A DNA stretch of 24,563 nucleotides from a virus, in IMG/VR virus record IMGVR_UViG_3300005804_000111, positions 66,689-91,251 of that record. One strand, given 5' to 3'. The notes under the pieces are model-generated. The model did not search any database. It saw only the letters and a list, made by a program, of their open reading frames with translations, and was not told where the DNA came from. The number at the start of each line of letters is the position of its first letter. Positions within the stretch are counted from its first letter, which is position 1. Of this stretch, positions 7,791-16,845 are shown in pieces. The position numbers were made by a program, and so were the translations under genes.

Positions 7791-7794
7791 GTGA

Positions 7795-9384
7795 TTACGA
7801 TACTTCGACAACCTTCACAACAAAGCTCATAGACGGATTCAAAAGCTGTTCCGTCTTGAGCTGATACATCGTGTGAACCTTGGTCTGGTTACGGCGAAGC
7901 GTGCTCACACCGCCAACGGTCTTGACCTCAAACCCGTCATCAACGAAGAACAGAAGCGGAGACGCCGGGCAAACTGCGGCCATGCCAAAATAGCGACCGA
8001 AGAACATCGGGGCGATAGAGACAACCGGACTGTCAGTAGTCCGATAGGTCGATGCGTTTGCCGTAGCAAGCTGAGTCATGACTTCATCCGGGAGCACCCA
8101 AACGTCGATGCCCTTATTGCCAAGCACCAGACGGCAAAGGAAATTCGTTTCATCCTTGTACATGGGGATGTCCTGCTTGGCAACCCATACGGTTGTCAGC
8201 GTGCCGTCCTTGTAATCACGGATCAGCTTGTTTGCAATCTTCTGCGGGACGACGACATATTCCGGCGTCCAGCGCATACGATAGTTCCGGCCATCAAGTG
8301 CTGATGCCGGTTTCGTTCCGGCCATCGTCTCAATGACAAACAGGATCAGATCGAAGATGTCAGCGCCGGATGCGGTGTTGCTCGTTGCCGCTCCGTATGC
8401 CGTGTTGTCGCCGCATTTGATCGCGCCATTCGTCAGATTGTAATAGGCTGTGTAGGTCTGCGGCTTGCCATCAACATCAGCAATGACGCCATCGGTGTAG
8501 ATGGCATGTGCAGCGCCTTCGAGCGTGCCAGCGGTCAGGGCAAGATACCACTTGTGGTAGCCCCAGTATTCGTCACGGTAGATCGCGGCTTCGGTGAAGG
8601 TTTCCATAACCTTCGTGTCAAGGCCGAGACGCCCGGCAAGCACCTTCTGAAGCTCAACGGAATACGGCAGATGGCAGATGTACCGCTGTGCATCGAAATG
8701 CGACTTGCGGACTTCAAAGCCAAGATCGTTCCCGGAACGACCTTCAGCGGTACGCTCGAAAACAGGAGCGCCGGATGCAGTAGGATCACCGTCGCCATAC
8801 GGATCAGGCTTGACGAAGTAAATCAAATCGCCAGCAAGCTCATTTTCCTTGAACGGCTGCACACCCCACAGTTTCGGGAGTGTTGCGGCCATGCTTGCAC
8901 CTTCGAGAATATCGCCGTACACTGACGGACTGAATACGCCGGTTGAACCGCCAAAATATCCCGCCGCCGCGTCATTGAGCATGAACGCCTGAGTACCAGA
9001 CGAAGTAAGAAGCGTCTGCTTGATTGCTTCAGGGATCGGTTCAATCTTGAATGCCTGCCTGAGTCCATCCTTGTTCGCGGTGACAATTTCGCTCGAACTG
9101 TTCGGTGCATGAATGACCATATCCTTGTCAATCATTTCAGACAGTGACATGCCGAATGCCTGTGCGACCTGCAACTGATGAAGCCGGAACAGTTCATCAG
9201 TACCAATGCCACGCGACTGATCCTTCTTTTTGCGCGAAAGGAATACCTCGCCGGTCATGAACGGGACTGCCGGGATACCGGCCATCAGCGACATTTCGGG
9301 TGACTGAGCACATACGATGCCGAATCCGAGCAGGATCATGAAAAGCGCAATCGCAAGCCCGAACAGCAAGTGTTTCTTTTTCAT
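7795..9384 (-). CDS. major capsid protein precursor (HK97-like by position) with an N-terminal hydrophobic leader
   Basis: Order TerL-portal-protease-scaffold-this gene; perfect AAGGAGG RBS; downstream hairpin; HK97-like elements GGSTGVFSPSVYGDILE, RTAEG, PEYVVVP, LLNPSMSFVVKV. Confidence 0.75.
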   Translation of the reverse strand: MKKKHLLFGLAIALFMILLGFGIVCAQSPEMSLMAGIPAVPFMTGEVFLSRKKKDQSRGIGTDELFRLHQLQVAQAFGMSLSEMIDKDMVIHAPNSSSEIVTANKDGLRQAFKIEPIPEAIKQTLLTSSGTQAFMLNDAAAGYFGGSTGVFSPSVYGDILEGASMAATLPKLWGVQPFKENELAGDLIYFVKPDPYGDGDPTASGAPVFERTAEGRSGNDLGFEVRKSHFDAQRYICHLPYSVELQKVLAGRLGLDTKVMETFTEAAIYRDEYWGYHKWYLALTAGTLEGAAHAIYTDGVIADVDGKPQTYTAYYNLTNGAIKCGDNTAYGAATSNTASGADIFDLILFVIETMAGTKPASALDGRNYRMRWTPEYVVVPQKIANKLIRDYKDGTLTTVWVAKQDIPMYKDETNFLCRLVLGNKGIDVWVLPDEVMTQLATANASTYRTTDSPVVSIAPMFFGRYFGMAAVCPASPLLFFVDDGFEVKTVGGVSTLRRNQTKVHTMYQLKTEQLLNPSMSFVVKVVEVS

Positions 9385-9405
9385 TGGTTGTATCCTCCTT
9401 GAAAT

Positions 9406-9437
9406 AAAAAAATCCTTCGCGGCAAGGCCGGAAGGAT
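9406..9437 (-). terminator. intrinsic terminator-like hairpin between scaffold and capsid genes
   Basis: Minus strand ATCCTTC-CGGC-CTT-GCCG-C-GAAGGAT followed by a T run, ending just before the capsid RBS. Confidence 0.6.
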
Positions 9438-9462
9438 ATTCTTTGCAGCTATGTTGATACGG

Positions 9463-9888
9463 TTAGATACGGATGCCAGTACGCTCCCGCATCTGACGAA
9501 GTGCGGATTTTTCGTCTTTCTTCTCTTCCTCTTTCCCGCCAGCTTCGCCCTTCATCGCGCCGATTGCCTGTTTGACAAATTTTTCGACAACCGGGGGAAT
9601 CTCGGTAACAGATTCGACAATCGCCTGTTTTACCGGTTCAGGAATGATTGCGACATCTTCAGCGGTGAGCGCCTGAACAATGCTCTCTTTCGTAGGAGCA
9701 TCTTTCGTAAGCTCCTGTTTGATTGCGTCCGGCACATCGGCAACCGTAAGCGCCTGAATCACGCTCTCTTTAGTTACCGCATCAGCCTTTCCCTTCTCCG
9801 TTGCTTCCTGAATCATCTGAGCGATACGATCATCAGAACGAAGCTCATCGTCAGTCGGTAATTTGCCATTCAGCAAAAGTCTCGCCAT
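9463..9888 (-). CDS. putative scaffolding protein
   Basis: Start reassigned to ATG 9888 (GGAGG). Acidic, helical and internally repeated (TKESVIQALT / TKESIVQALT), with a basic C-terminus; between protease and capsid. Confidence 0.65.
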   Translation of the reverse strand: MARLLLNGKLPTDDELRSDDRIAQMIQEATEKGKADAVTKESVIQALTVADVPDAIKQELTKDAPTKESIVQALTAEDVAIIPEPVKQAIVESVTEIPPVVEKFVKQAIGAMKGEAGGKEEEKKDEKSALRQMRERTGIRI

Positions 9889-9898
9889 ACGTTCCTCC

Positions 9899-10639
9899 CT
9901 ACATAATTTGTGAGCCTGAAAGACCTTCTTTGATGACGATAGCAATGCCGGTTGGTGTCGTCAGGTCGTGAAAGTCTTTGATGCCCGTTTTTGGTTCTAC
10001 TGTGAAATCCGTCCGGGCCGGAATCCCCTCAATGCTTACCTTTTTCACAAAGCCCAAGTCCCCAAGAGCCTGCGATTCCCGGATTTTCTGCCGCAATCCC
10101 TGTTCTGCGGCACTGATATAGACATTGAACAGTGCATGATCCTCGTTCGCTCCCGCAAACTGGACGATGCTGCCAACCGGGATCGCCTTGCCAAATTCGG
10201 CAAGGTCTGAATGATTCAGCATGAACGGCGTCCCTACAAATTTCGCTCCCGCGTTCTGGAAGAACTCCCGTCCGAACCGCTGATTGTTTGAACCAAGACC
10301 GTATGCAATCCGTACCGGCACAATAAACGGATCGCTGTCTACCTTTTTCAACTTGTCGAAAACTTCCGGCGACATCGCGCTTACCTGTTTGACTGCCTCC
10401 ATTGCCTCAAGCGTCCCGGCAAGGATTGACTGACAGACGGCGCTTTTACCTTTTGCGATATACGCGCACGCGGTTTCTTCAGTCCATGCCGCTTCCTTGT
10501 TTTCCAGATCGAACAGATATTGCACAATCCGATCCCCGGCAACCAGAACGGATACGCCTTTGTCGGCATCTACCTGCTTGACATCAACATGCGTCACCCC
10601 GTCAAGCGAGTCAACCGTAATTTCCAAATGCTTGCTCAT
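9899..10639 (-). CDS. putative prohead maturation protease (assemblin-like S78/S80 type)
   Basis: PFMLNHS (candidate His), IPVGSI, KKVSIEG (candidate Ser), GIAIV in the expected order; directly after the portal. Confidence 0.65.
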   Translation of the reverse strand: MSKHLEITVDSLDGVTHVDVKQVDADKGVSVLVAGDRIVQYLFDLENKEAAWTEETACAYIAKGKSAVCQSILAGTLEAMEAVKQVSAMSPEVFDKLKKVDSDPFIVPVRIAYGLGSNNQRFGREFFQNAGAKFVGTPFMLNHSDLAEFGKAIPVGSIVQFAGANEDHALFNVYISAAEQGLRQKIRESQALGDLGFVKKVSIEGIPARTDFTVEPKTGIKDFHDLTTPTGIAIVIKEGLSGSQIM

Positions 10640-12207
10640 GGTTTTTCTCCCTGTACCGGCGTTTGCGCCGCATCCTTTTTGCTCCCGTTGACGCCCTTGT
10701 TCACATTCTCCGTAGGTTCAGCCGGGCCGAAATCTTCCTGTTCTCCCTTAATGAGCTTCTTTTCTTCATCCCATGTCCGGCCTATTTTTTCAGCTACCAT
10801 TGTTTCGTAATAGGACTGCCGGGAGAGTGCATTCATGCTAACCTCAGACATCATGACCTTGCGTTCGATGTCCCGGATGAATGCCGGTTTATCGTGTGTG
10901 ACTTCAATCTGCACATCGAATATCCCATGCAGGAACAACTCAAAATAGCAGAGCGGCAACAGGATTTCGCTATCTTCCCATGCGTTGACCGCTTCAATGT
11001 CCATTGCCAGATTGCCGCGCAACTGTTCGATAAGCGGCCCGGTAATTCTGCCGCCCTCGCCGCCCGTAAATCCGGCAAGTACAGGATGAAGCATAAGGCC
11101 GACGCTCATGAAATCGAAATGCATAAAAATGTCAGCCGGTTTACTGAGCGTAATATTCAGGTCGCCTACACTGTTGACCTCATGTTCGCCGCTCGTAATG
11201 TAGACCGTTCCCGGCTTGTTGAAGCCCGTAGGATACCGCTGAATGAAATCATCTATGAAGCTCGATACCTCATCTTTCGATGCGCCGACATCATCATTTG
11301 ATGCAACATGCCGCTTGAGGTACATAACGAGCAAGCGCGTTGCGGCAAGGTGCCGCTGTACCACGGCATCAGTCGCGCTCATTTCCGTGCGGTTGTATGC
11401 TTTGCGTACCGATTTGAGCGCCGGGCGCGAATAGCGATGCGATTTCTGACGCCGGTTGTTCCAGCGGGGATGCAGGATAAACATATTGTGAAACCAATCC
11501 TTGACCGCCTTGTGCTGAATCGGCGTGTTCGGATTGTTCAACTCTTCGGGAACCTGATAAAAGGCTTGCTCTGGATTAGGAAAGAGGTCTTGTTTGTCGG
11601 AGTTTCGGAACATGGTTTCTGCCGGGAGTGGGCCTAAGATGTCGTCGATTTGGCCGAGAGCAAGCCCCGCCCGAAATTCGCGCATGAGACTTTTCGGATC
11701 GGTGCTGAATGCGTCTACTACCCCCGTTGTGAATGACAACTGCTTTTTCAGGAATGCTTCAAGGAAGAGTCCGGCGTGAAGGTAATCGCCGCGCCGGGAA
11801 TGATAGCTGATACGGTCAAGCATGTCGTTGACAATGCGCTCTGCACGAATCTTCGAGCCGCCTGAAAACGTCAACTGCGGCTTGCCAACGGTCGTCCAGA
11901 GAATGAACTTGTTGCATACGCCGTCGATATACGGTGCCTCTTCAAGCATAATACGAATATCGGTCAACGTGGTCAGACGATCCATTTCCACCTTGATTTT
12001 GTCATGGAGCCATGCAAGGCGCGGATCGGGCATCTGAGTAATGAACCCTTTGTCATGCTGTACCGGCATCGCGTTTTTCGGAGTATCCGCACCTGTGGCC
12101 GGAGCGTCTACCGCAACCGGAACGGCTGTCTGCCGCCGAAACGGTGACAGGAGCATGTCAAGGAATCTTCCTCGTCGCTCTTGATTTGATACGCTGATAG
12201 CCGCCAA
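10636..12207 (-). CDS. putative portal protein
   Basis: 523 aa immediately after TerL; portal-like size and RYSRPALKSVRKAY segment; disordered termini. Mainly positional. Confidence 0.7.
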   Translation of the reverse strand: MAAISVSNQERRGRFLDMLLSPFRRQTAVPVAVDAPATGADTPKNAMPVQHDKGFITQMPDPRLAWLHDKIKVEMDRLTTLTDIRIMLEEAPYIDGVCNKFILWTTVGKPQLTFSGGSKIRAERIVNDMLDRISYHSRRGDYLHAGLFLEAFLKKQLSFTTGVVDAFSTDPKSLMREFRAGLALGQIDDILGPLPAETMFRNSDKQDLFPNPEQAFYQVPEELNNPNTPIQHKAVKDWFHNMFILHPRWNNRRQKSHRYSRPALKSVRKAYNRTEMSATDAVVQRHLAATRLLVMYLKRHVASNDDVGASKDEVSSFIDDFIQRYPTGFNKPGTVYITSGEHEVNSVGDLNITLSKPADIFMHFDFMSVGLMLHPVLAGFTGGEGGRITGPLIEQLRGNLAMDIEAVNAWEDSEILLPLCYFELFLHGIFDVQIEVTHDKPAFIRDIERKVMMSEVSMNALSRQSYYETMVAEKIGRTWDEEKKLIKGEQEDFGPAEPTENVNKGVNGSKKDAAQTPVQGEKP

Positions 12208-12209
12208 CC

Positions 12210-13877
12210 TTACACCCCCGCTTTTGTGAGCGTCGCGCTGATCCCAACAAGGCCAAGATCGCCAAGCCGGTCAAGCGAATGAAGCACCCGCTTGGTTTCA
12301 ATGCCGGTGCCGCTCAATGAGTCTTTACTTGTGACCGCGCCACTTTCTGCCGCGATTTCATGCCGCCCGATATTCTCACGCGCAATAGCAAGACCAAGCG
12401 CCGCCAAGTCGCACGGTATTCCTGATTTCTTGCCCCGCGTCTGAAACTTTATGGTGCCGGGAGTATCCGCTTCATCCCGCGTTTCCTGATCGCCTATGCT
12501 CTGCATAGCCATCTGCGATTCCCGCAGCGATTCGCTATCAGGCTGTTCAAACTTCCCCATCATCATGAGGCCGCGCAATGACGACATATAGCCGACAATG
12601 CTCTGATTGCTTTCCGGGATCGCTTCGATGTTCCGCACGCCAGGCGAACCTTTCAGCATAACAGCCGGGCCGGTATGATACCCGCCGCCGCCGTCAATGT
12701 TGATTTTTACCGGCTCGTAAATCGCGCAAATCGGCTTGAGCACACGCATGATTTCATCGTGACTGCGCCCATTGAACGCCGTAGTGAATCGGTTGTAATA
12801 CTTTCGGCCTACCTTCTCAACAAGGCTGATGCCAAACGGGTCTGAACCGGCTTTTTTGTTGCCCTCATTCGGATCAAGACCAAGAAGGAAATGCCCCTTG
12901 TGCTTATACCGGCGCTCTGCCAGTTCCGAAAGTTCCTTAACGACCTGAACGTAATTGTCCTGATCCGTAAAGAGCCATTCGAGTGCGGTATTGATCGACT
13001 TCATCCATACCTCTATCGGGAAGAACAGGCCCACATCGTCAACGAACCGGCCCCGTATTTCCTGATCGACAATGATTGTTCTGCCGAGTGACAACAGGCG
13101 CTTTACCTTTGCGGCCAGCTTGCGCCGATCAGCACGCGGATTCTGCCATGTAGGGAAATTGAACTTGAACCAATCTGGATGATTGTACGCCCACCATGCG
13201 CCGCCGCGCTTCCCATACGGTGTTGTGAAGCATCCAATCGTTGCCCCGAATGACTGCTCTGCAATTTCCTCTATGAACTTCTGGCCGTCCATGCACTGAG
13301 AGCCGCCCCAAAAGGCAAACTCATCACACAGGTATATGACCTTACCGTGCGAATGCTTGGAGTGATAACCGCGCACCCGGTCTGATGCCGATTCAGCGCG
13401 AAGCATGGTGCCATTGCGTAAAATAACCTCTTCTTTCGTCCATGCGTTGTAATCGACCAAGTGCCGCTCAAGGTATGGGTTTCCGGCAATCTTGCGCTTG
13501 ACGTTCTCAAGCCGCTGCCGAGCGCCTTTTTTGACGTTTGCAACGAAGATCAATGTTACGTCGATTGGTTTCTTTTCGCCGTAAAACGCCTGAAGAAAGT
13601 ACGGCATGAACACGGCCATGTCTGCCGCGTTCAATTCCTGAAAAATCGTGGTCTTGCCCGTACCTCGCCCGGTTGCTGCAATCTCCCGGACGCCGGAAGG
13701 GAACCCGTACAACTCTCCCCAAAGCGCAAGGTACGTTCCAAGCTGATACGCCTCAACACTTTGGCCCTTCCCCTTGAATGAGTGGTATGGAGCCTCATCG
13801 AAAAAATACTTAACCCGCGCTACTGGGTCTTTCCAGATGTTTTCGATTGCCCGTACATTGTCCTCAAGTCCGCGCAT
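12210..13877 (-). CDS. terL: terminase large subunit
   Basis: Walker A TGRGTGKT, RVRG, Walker B YLCDEFAF, coupling motif FTTPYG, QEIRGRF, nuclease LLGLDP. Confidence 0.9.
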   Translation of the reverse strand: MRGLEDNVRAIENIWKDPVARVKYFFDEAPYHSFKGKGQSVEAYQLGTYLALWGELYGFPSGVREIAATGRGTGKTTIFQELNAADMAVFMPYFLQAFYGEKKPIDVTLIFVANVKKGARQRLENVKRKIAGNPYLERHLVDYNAWTKEEVILRNGTMLRAESASDRVRGYHSKHSHGKVIYLCDEFAFWGGSQCMDGQKFIEEIAEQSFGATIGCFTTPYGKRGGAWWAYNHPDWFKFNFPTWQNPRADRRKLAAKVKRLLSLGRTIIVDQEIRGRFVDDVGLFFPIEVWMKSINTALEWLFTDQDNYVQVVKELSELAERRYKHKGHFLLGLDPNEGNKKAGSDPFGISLVEKVGRKYYNRFTTAFNGRSHDEIMRVLKPICAIYEPVKINIDGGGGYHTGPAVMLKGSPGVRNIEAIPESNQSIVGYMSSLRGLMMMGKFEQPDSESLRESQMAMQSIGDQETRDEADTPGTIKFQTRGKKSGIPCDLAALGLAIARENIGRHEIAAESGAVTSKDSLSGTGIETKRVLHSLDRLGDLGLVGISATLTKAGV

Positions 13878-13879
13878 GG

Positions 13880-14416
13880 TTAATTCGCCGTTGCTGATTC
13901 AAGGTACGAATCAACCTGCCCGTCGTCCATGTGCTTGAACTCATCAACGGATTCGGCCCCCGTGGACTTATCGCCGCGCTTGCCGAAAATAGGCTTGCAG
14001 ACAAATCGGCGCTTGTCGAAAAGTATCTTGCCGCACACGTCCGCGAACGCTTCAGACATGGAGCCGTCGCCCTTGGTCGCAAGAGTTTTCGGATCAATAC
14101 CGATTTGCTCTTTTGCCAGCTTGATACCGTTTGTAAACCGGTTGACCGCTTCGGCATCGTTCCGGCTTGTGCCATCTTTCTTCTGCAAGTCGCGGAGCAT
14201 ACTCGACCGCTGAACTTCCATGCAAGCGATGTCAAGGACAGCAAACGCCATTGAGTAATTGCGAAGCGGAACGAGCTTCAGGTAATCGAGAATTAGGTAC
14301 TTGATCGCTTCCTTGTCGTCCTTGTCATATGCCGCAATAGCTTTCGCATAGTCAGCATTGAAACGGACGTTATCGTCCCGATCATCGAGAAATGGTATAT
14401 ATTTTTTTTCAATCAT
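13880..14416 (-). CDS. putative terminase small subunit
   Basis: Helical ~180-aa ORF, first after the late promoter and abutting terL; KEQIGIDPK resembles the TerS motif. Start uncertain (14416 or 14449). Confidence 0.55.
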   Translation of the reverse strand: MIEKKYIPFLDDRDDNVRFNADYAKAIAAYDKDDKEAIKYLILDYLKLVPLRNYSMAFAVLDIACMEVQRSSMLRDLQKKDGTSRNDAEAVNRFTNGIKLAKEQIGIDPKTLATKGDGSMSEAFADVCGKILFDKRRFVCKPIFGKRGDKSTGAESVDEFKHMDDGQVDSYLESATAN

Positions 14417-14419
14417 GGG

Positions 14420-14455
14420 AAAAAGAAAGCCCGGACAGTTTCGCACCATCCGGGC
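14420..14455 (-). terminator. intrinsic terminator in the late leader
   Basis: Minus strand GCCCGGATGGT-GCGAA-ACTGTCCGGGC-TTTCTTTTT: an 11-bp stem including two G-U pairs. Confidence 0.7.
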
Positions 14456-14487
14456 ATTTGCTGAAACAACTCTGACTTTACTGCTTT

Positions 14488-14516
14488 ATATTACTGAACT
14501 TTTGCGGATATTGCAA
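14488..14516 (-). promoter_or_regulatory. sigma70-type late promoter
   Basis: TTGCAA (14516-14511), 17-nt spacer, TAATAT (14493-14488); AT-rich upstream tract. Confidence 0.65.
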
Positions 14517-14569
14517 TACTTTTTTGATATTTAAGCAAAAAAAATGAGGTAAAAAATACATGATCATAA

Positions 14570-15013
14570 TTACTCGATATACTCTTTTTGCTTGAAATAC
14601 CCGTCAACATTGTCCCGAATGTGCAATGCAAGTTTCCTGACATTGCGTGCATCTAGTAACAGCTTCGGCAACCTGTCGCCGCGTGACATTCTCGCCCTGA
14701 ACCGTATCGCCAGTTCTCCGAACGACTTTTTCGGAAAGCCGTAACGCCCGATAAAGACCTCACTCACGCAATCAGCCGGAACCTTCCCGTACCTTGAGAA
14801 TCGCTGCTCAATATACCACTTGCAGCAATTCTCAACATCAGCAATGAAACAATGCTTGTCCTGTAGTGCGGCCCGGCTTGCGAAAATCTGGTAGTTATCG
14901 GTCTGGTTCATATCGGGCTTCGGCAATACGGCTTTCGCTCCCTCCACGTCCGCTTTCATGTAGCGGTAACAACCGAGTAACGCACGCAAGCTCTCAAACG
15001 GGCCTATCTTCAC
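14570..15013 (-). CDS. putative late-gene regulator (Q/RinA position)
   Basis: GTG 15013 in a GTGA overlap with the rusA stop; basic helical protein with an HTH-like KSFGELAIRF segment; last gene before the late promoter. Function is positional only. Confidence 0.45.
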   Translation of the reverse strand: MKIGPFESLRALLGCYRYMKADVEGAKAVLPKPDMNQTDNYQIFASRAALQDKHCFIADVENCCKWYIEQRFSRYGKVPADCVSEVFIGRYGFPKKSFGELAIRFRARMSRGDRLPKLLLDARNVRKLALHIRDNVDGYFKQKEYIE

Positions 15014-15468
15014 TGTTTCCCCCCCTGATAAGAGATTTCGATATAGACACCGCTTGGATCGTCCGGGCCGTCTGAATACCGCTTGCTCAGATGCGGTATA
15101 AGGTTTACCTGACAATCATCAACCCATGCGATGCTGGAAAGTGCGTCTTTCACGCACCTGATCAGTTTATCCAAGTCCGGCTTGATGATATGTTGAGCAT
15201 CAACAAATGCCGGTTTTAATATCGCGGCATTTTTGCCGGTGCCATAGTGTCCTTTCGGACGCGGCATGATAAATTCAAGCCGAAGCGATACCGGGCCGGT
15301 CTGCGGTTTCAATCCAAGCTCTTGAGCACGCAAACCGATCATTGACGCCCACGGCTTCTGCTTATCCCGGTTGTCCTGCTGAACCATAATTTTGTTTGTC
15401 TTGCGATTCAGAAACGCTTTGGCCGATCCCTTCGGAACAGGAACTCCCGGAACGAAAAACTTTATCAT
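15010..15468 (-). CDS. rusA: RusA-family Holliday junction resolvase
   Basis: VPGVPVPKGS, F-x-MPRPK, KPDLDKLIRCVKDAL..WVDDCQV. Confidence 0.92.
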   Translation of the reverse strand: MIKFFVPGVPVPKGSAKAFLNRKTNKIMVQQDNRDKQKPWASMIGLRAQELGLKPQTGPVSLRLEFIMPRPKGHYGTGKNAAILKPAFVDAQHIIKPDLDKLIRCVKDALSSIAWVDDCQVNLIPHLSKRYSDGPDDPSGVYIEISYQGGKQ

Positions 15469-15854
15469 TGCCCCCCCTCGCCCGGAACCGGATCATTTTC
15501 GCCATGCTCTTTTTTGAACCGCTCGACCAGCACTTGCAGCTTTGCGTCAATATCGCTTTCCGTCAAAATGCCCTTGTCCTTGAGCACTTCGATTGCTGCA
15601 AGTAGCCGATTCATCTTCGGGCCGAAATCGCTCACATAAAAAAGCCTGAATGTCTGGATTGCAATGAATGTCTGCATCGCTTCGCCTCTGCTCATGGCAG
15701 CGTTGAACTGCTCGCGGTATTTTTTAAGCGTGCAGTCTGCCGTGCGGATCAGCTTGAATGATGCATCGCCGCCCTGCAATTCTTCAATTTCAGCATCGGA
15801 ACAGCCTGACAGCTTCAGCACTTCGATTTCCGGTTGACTGTATGTTCTTTTCAC
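15465..15854 (-). CDS. hypothetical phage protein
   Basis: Coupled by GTGA and ATGA overlaps on both sides; no recognised motif. Confidence 0.6.
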   Translation of the reverse strand: MKRTYSQPEIEVLKLSGCSDAEIEELQGGDASFKLIRTADCTLKKYREQFNAAMSRGEAMQTFIAIQTFRLFYVSDFGPKMNRLLAAIEVLKDKGILTESDIDAKLQVLVERFKKEHGENDPVPGEGGQ

Positions 15855-16120
15855 TCGTCCCCCAATATGTTCAATTTCGTTGAATAAATTTGTTTCTTGC
15901 CGCGCTTTGCACGCGCATCTTTGTAGCCCTCGGCATATTCTTTCTGCCGAATAATACCTACTTGAGCCTCCATTGCCCCGCTTAATTTCTCTCGCAAAAG
16001 CGATGCGTATACATCACTGTCGCAACAAAAATTAAAGCGAAAAACACGCACCCCCAATGTCGGTACGAACATTCGTACATAACAAACAACTTTGTTCCCC
16101 TCGCGCTCAAAAGTAATCAT
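15851..16120 (-). CDS. hypothetical phage protein
   Basis: ATG 16120 in a TGATG overlap with AAGGAGG RBS. Confidence 0.6.
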   Translation of the reverse strand: MITFEREGNKVVCYVRMFVPTLGVRVFRFNFCCDSDVYASLLREKLSGAMEAQVGIIRQKEYAEGYKDARAKRGKKQIYSTKLNILGDE

Positions 16121-16845
16121 CAATCCCTCCTTGATTGTTTGCGGTATGATACCCAATCGAAAACGACAACTCTGCCGCCATCCCGGAACCTGTCAACCAC
16201 ACGCTCCCCCAATATTTCCGTAATCTCCCCGATAGACAAATTCCCGCAAATAATTGTTGGCCGGATACAGTTATAGCGGTCATTGATTATTTCGGTGAGA
16301 TATAAACGCTCAGTCTTTGATTCAAACTGCACCCCGATTTCGTCAATGATGAGCAAGTCCGGCTTGTTATAAAGCCTCAGAACCTCTGTCTCTGATGAGC
16401 CGGGCTTGTGCCATGTCTCTTTGATTGAGCGCACAACCTTTACCGCCTCGGTCATAAGTGCTGTGCGTCCGGGCGTTTTCATGTACTCATTGACAATTCC
16501 CGCCGCGATGTGATTCTTCCCCGTACCCGGCCCCCCGATTAGAAACATACCTGAGCACGTTTTCATGTTTTCAAGAAACCACCATGCAGATTCAAGAGCT
16601 TTTTTTTGTCCCGGCAATGTTGCTTCATAATTTTGCAACGTCCGGTCACGGAATCGCGGTGCTATCATCGCGTTTGACAGATTTCGATTAACCTGATTCT
16701 GCATTTCGATAGCTTTCTTGTCATACGATACCTTTTCAAATCGCTCGTCGTTTTCATCGCCGCATTTAGGGCAAAAATAGACGCTGTATTCACCTGACGT
16801 GATACTTTCCATAGGCATGTTGTGTTTATCGCAAAATTTACTCAC
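16120..16845 (-). CDS. DnaC/IstB-like AAA+ helicase loader
   Basis: GTG 16845; N-terminal CDKH..CPKC Zn motif, PRFRDRTL, Walker A GGPGTGKNH, Walker B LLIIDEIG, ERVVDRF. Confidence 0.9.
   Translation of the reverse strand: MSKFCDKHNMPMESITSGEYSVYFCPKCGDENDERFEKVSYDKKAIEMQNQVNRNLSNAMIAPRFRDRTLQNYEATLPGQKKALESAWWFLENMKTCSGMFLIGGPGTGKNHIAAGIVNEYMKTPGRTALMTEAVKVVRSIKETWHKPGSSETEVLRLYNKPDLLIIDEIGVQFESKTERLYLTEIINDRYNCIRPTIICGNLSIGEITEILGERVVDRFRDGGRVVVFDWVSYRKQSRRD

Noticed and set aside
7795-9384. ORF as an ordinary secreted host or moron protein because of its signal peptide
   Set aside because: Position after protease and scaffold, the strongest RBS, capsid-like motifs and the shared IPEAIKQ motif favour major capsid; no other capsid candidate exists in the window.
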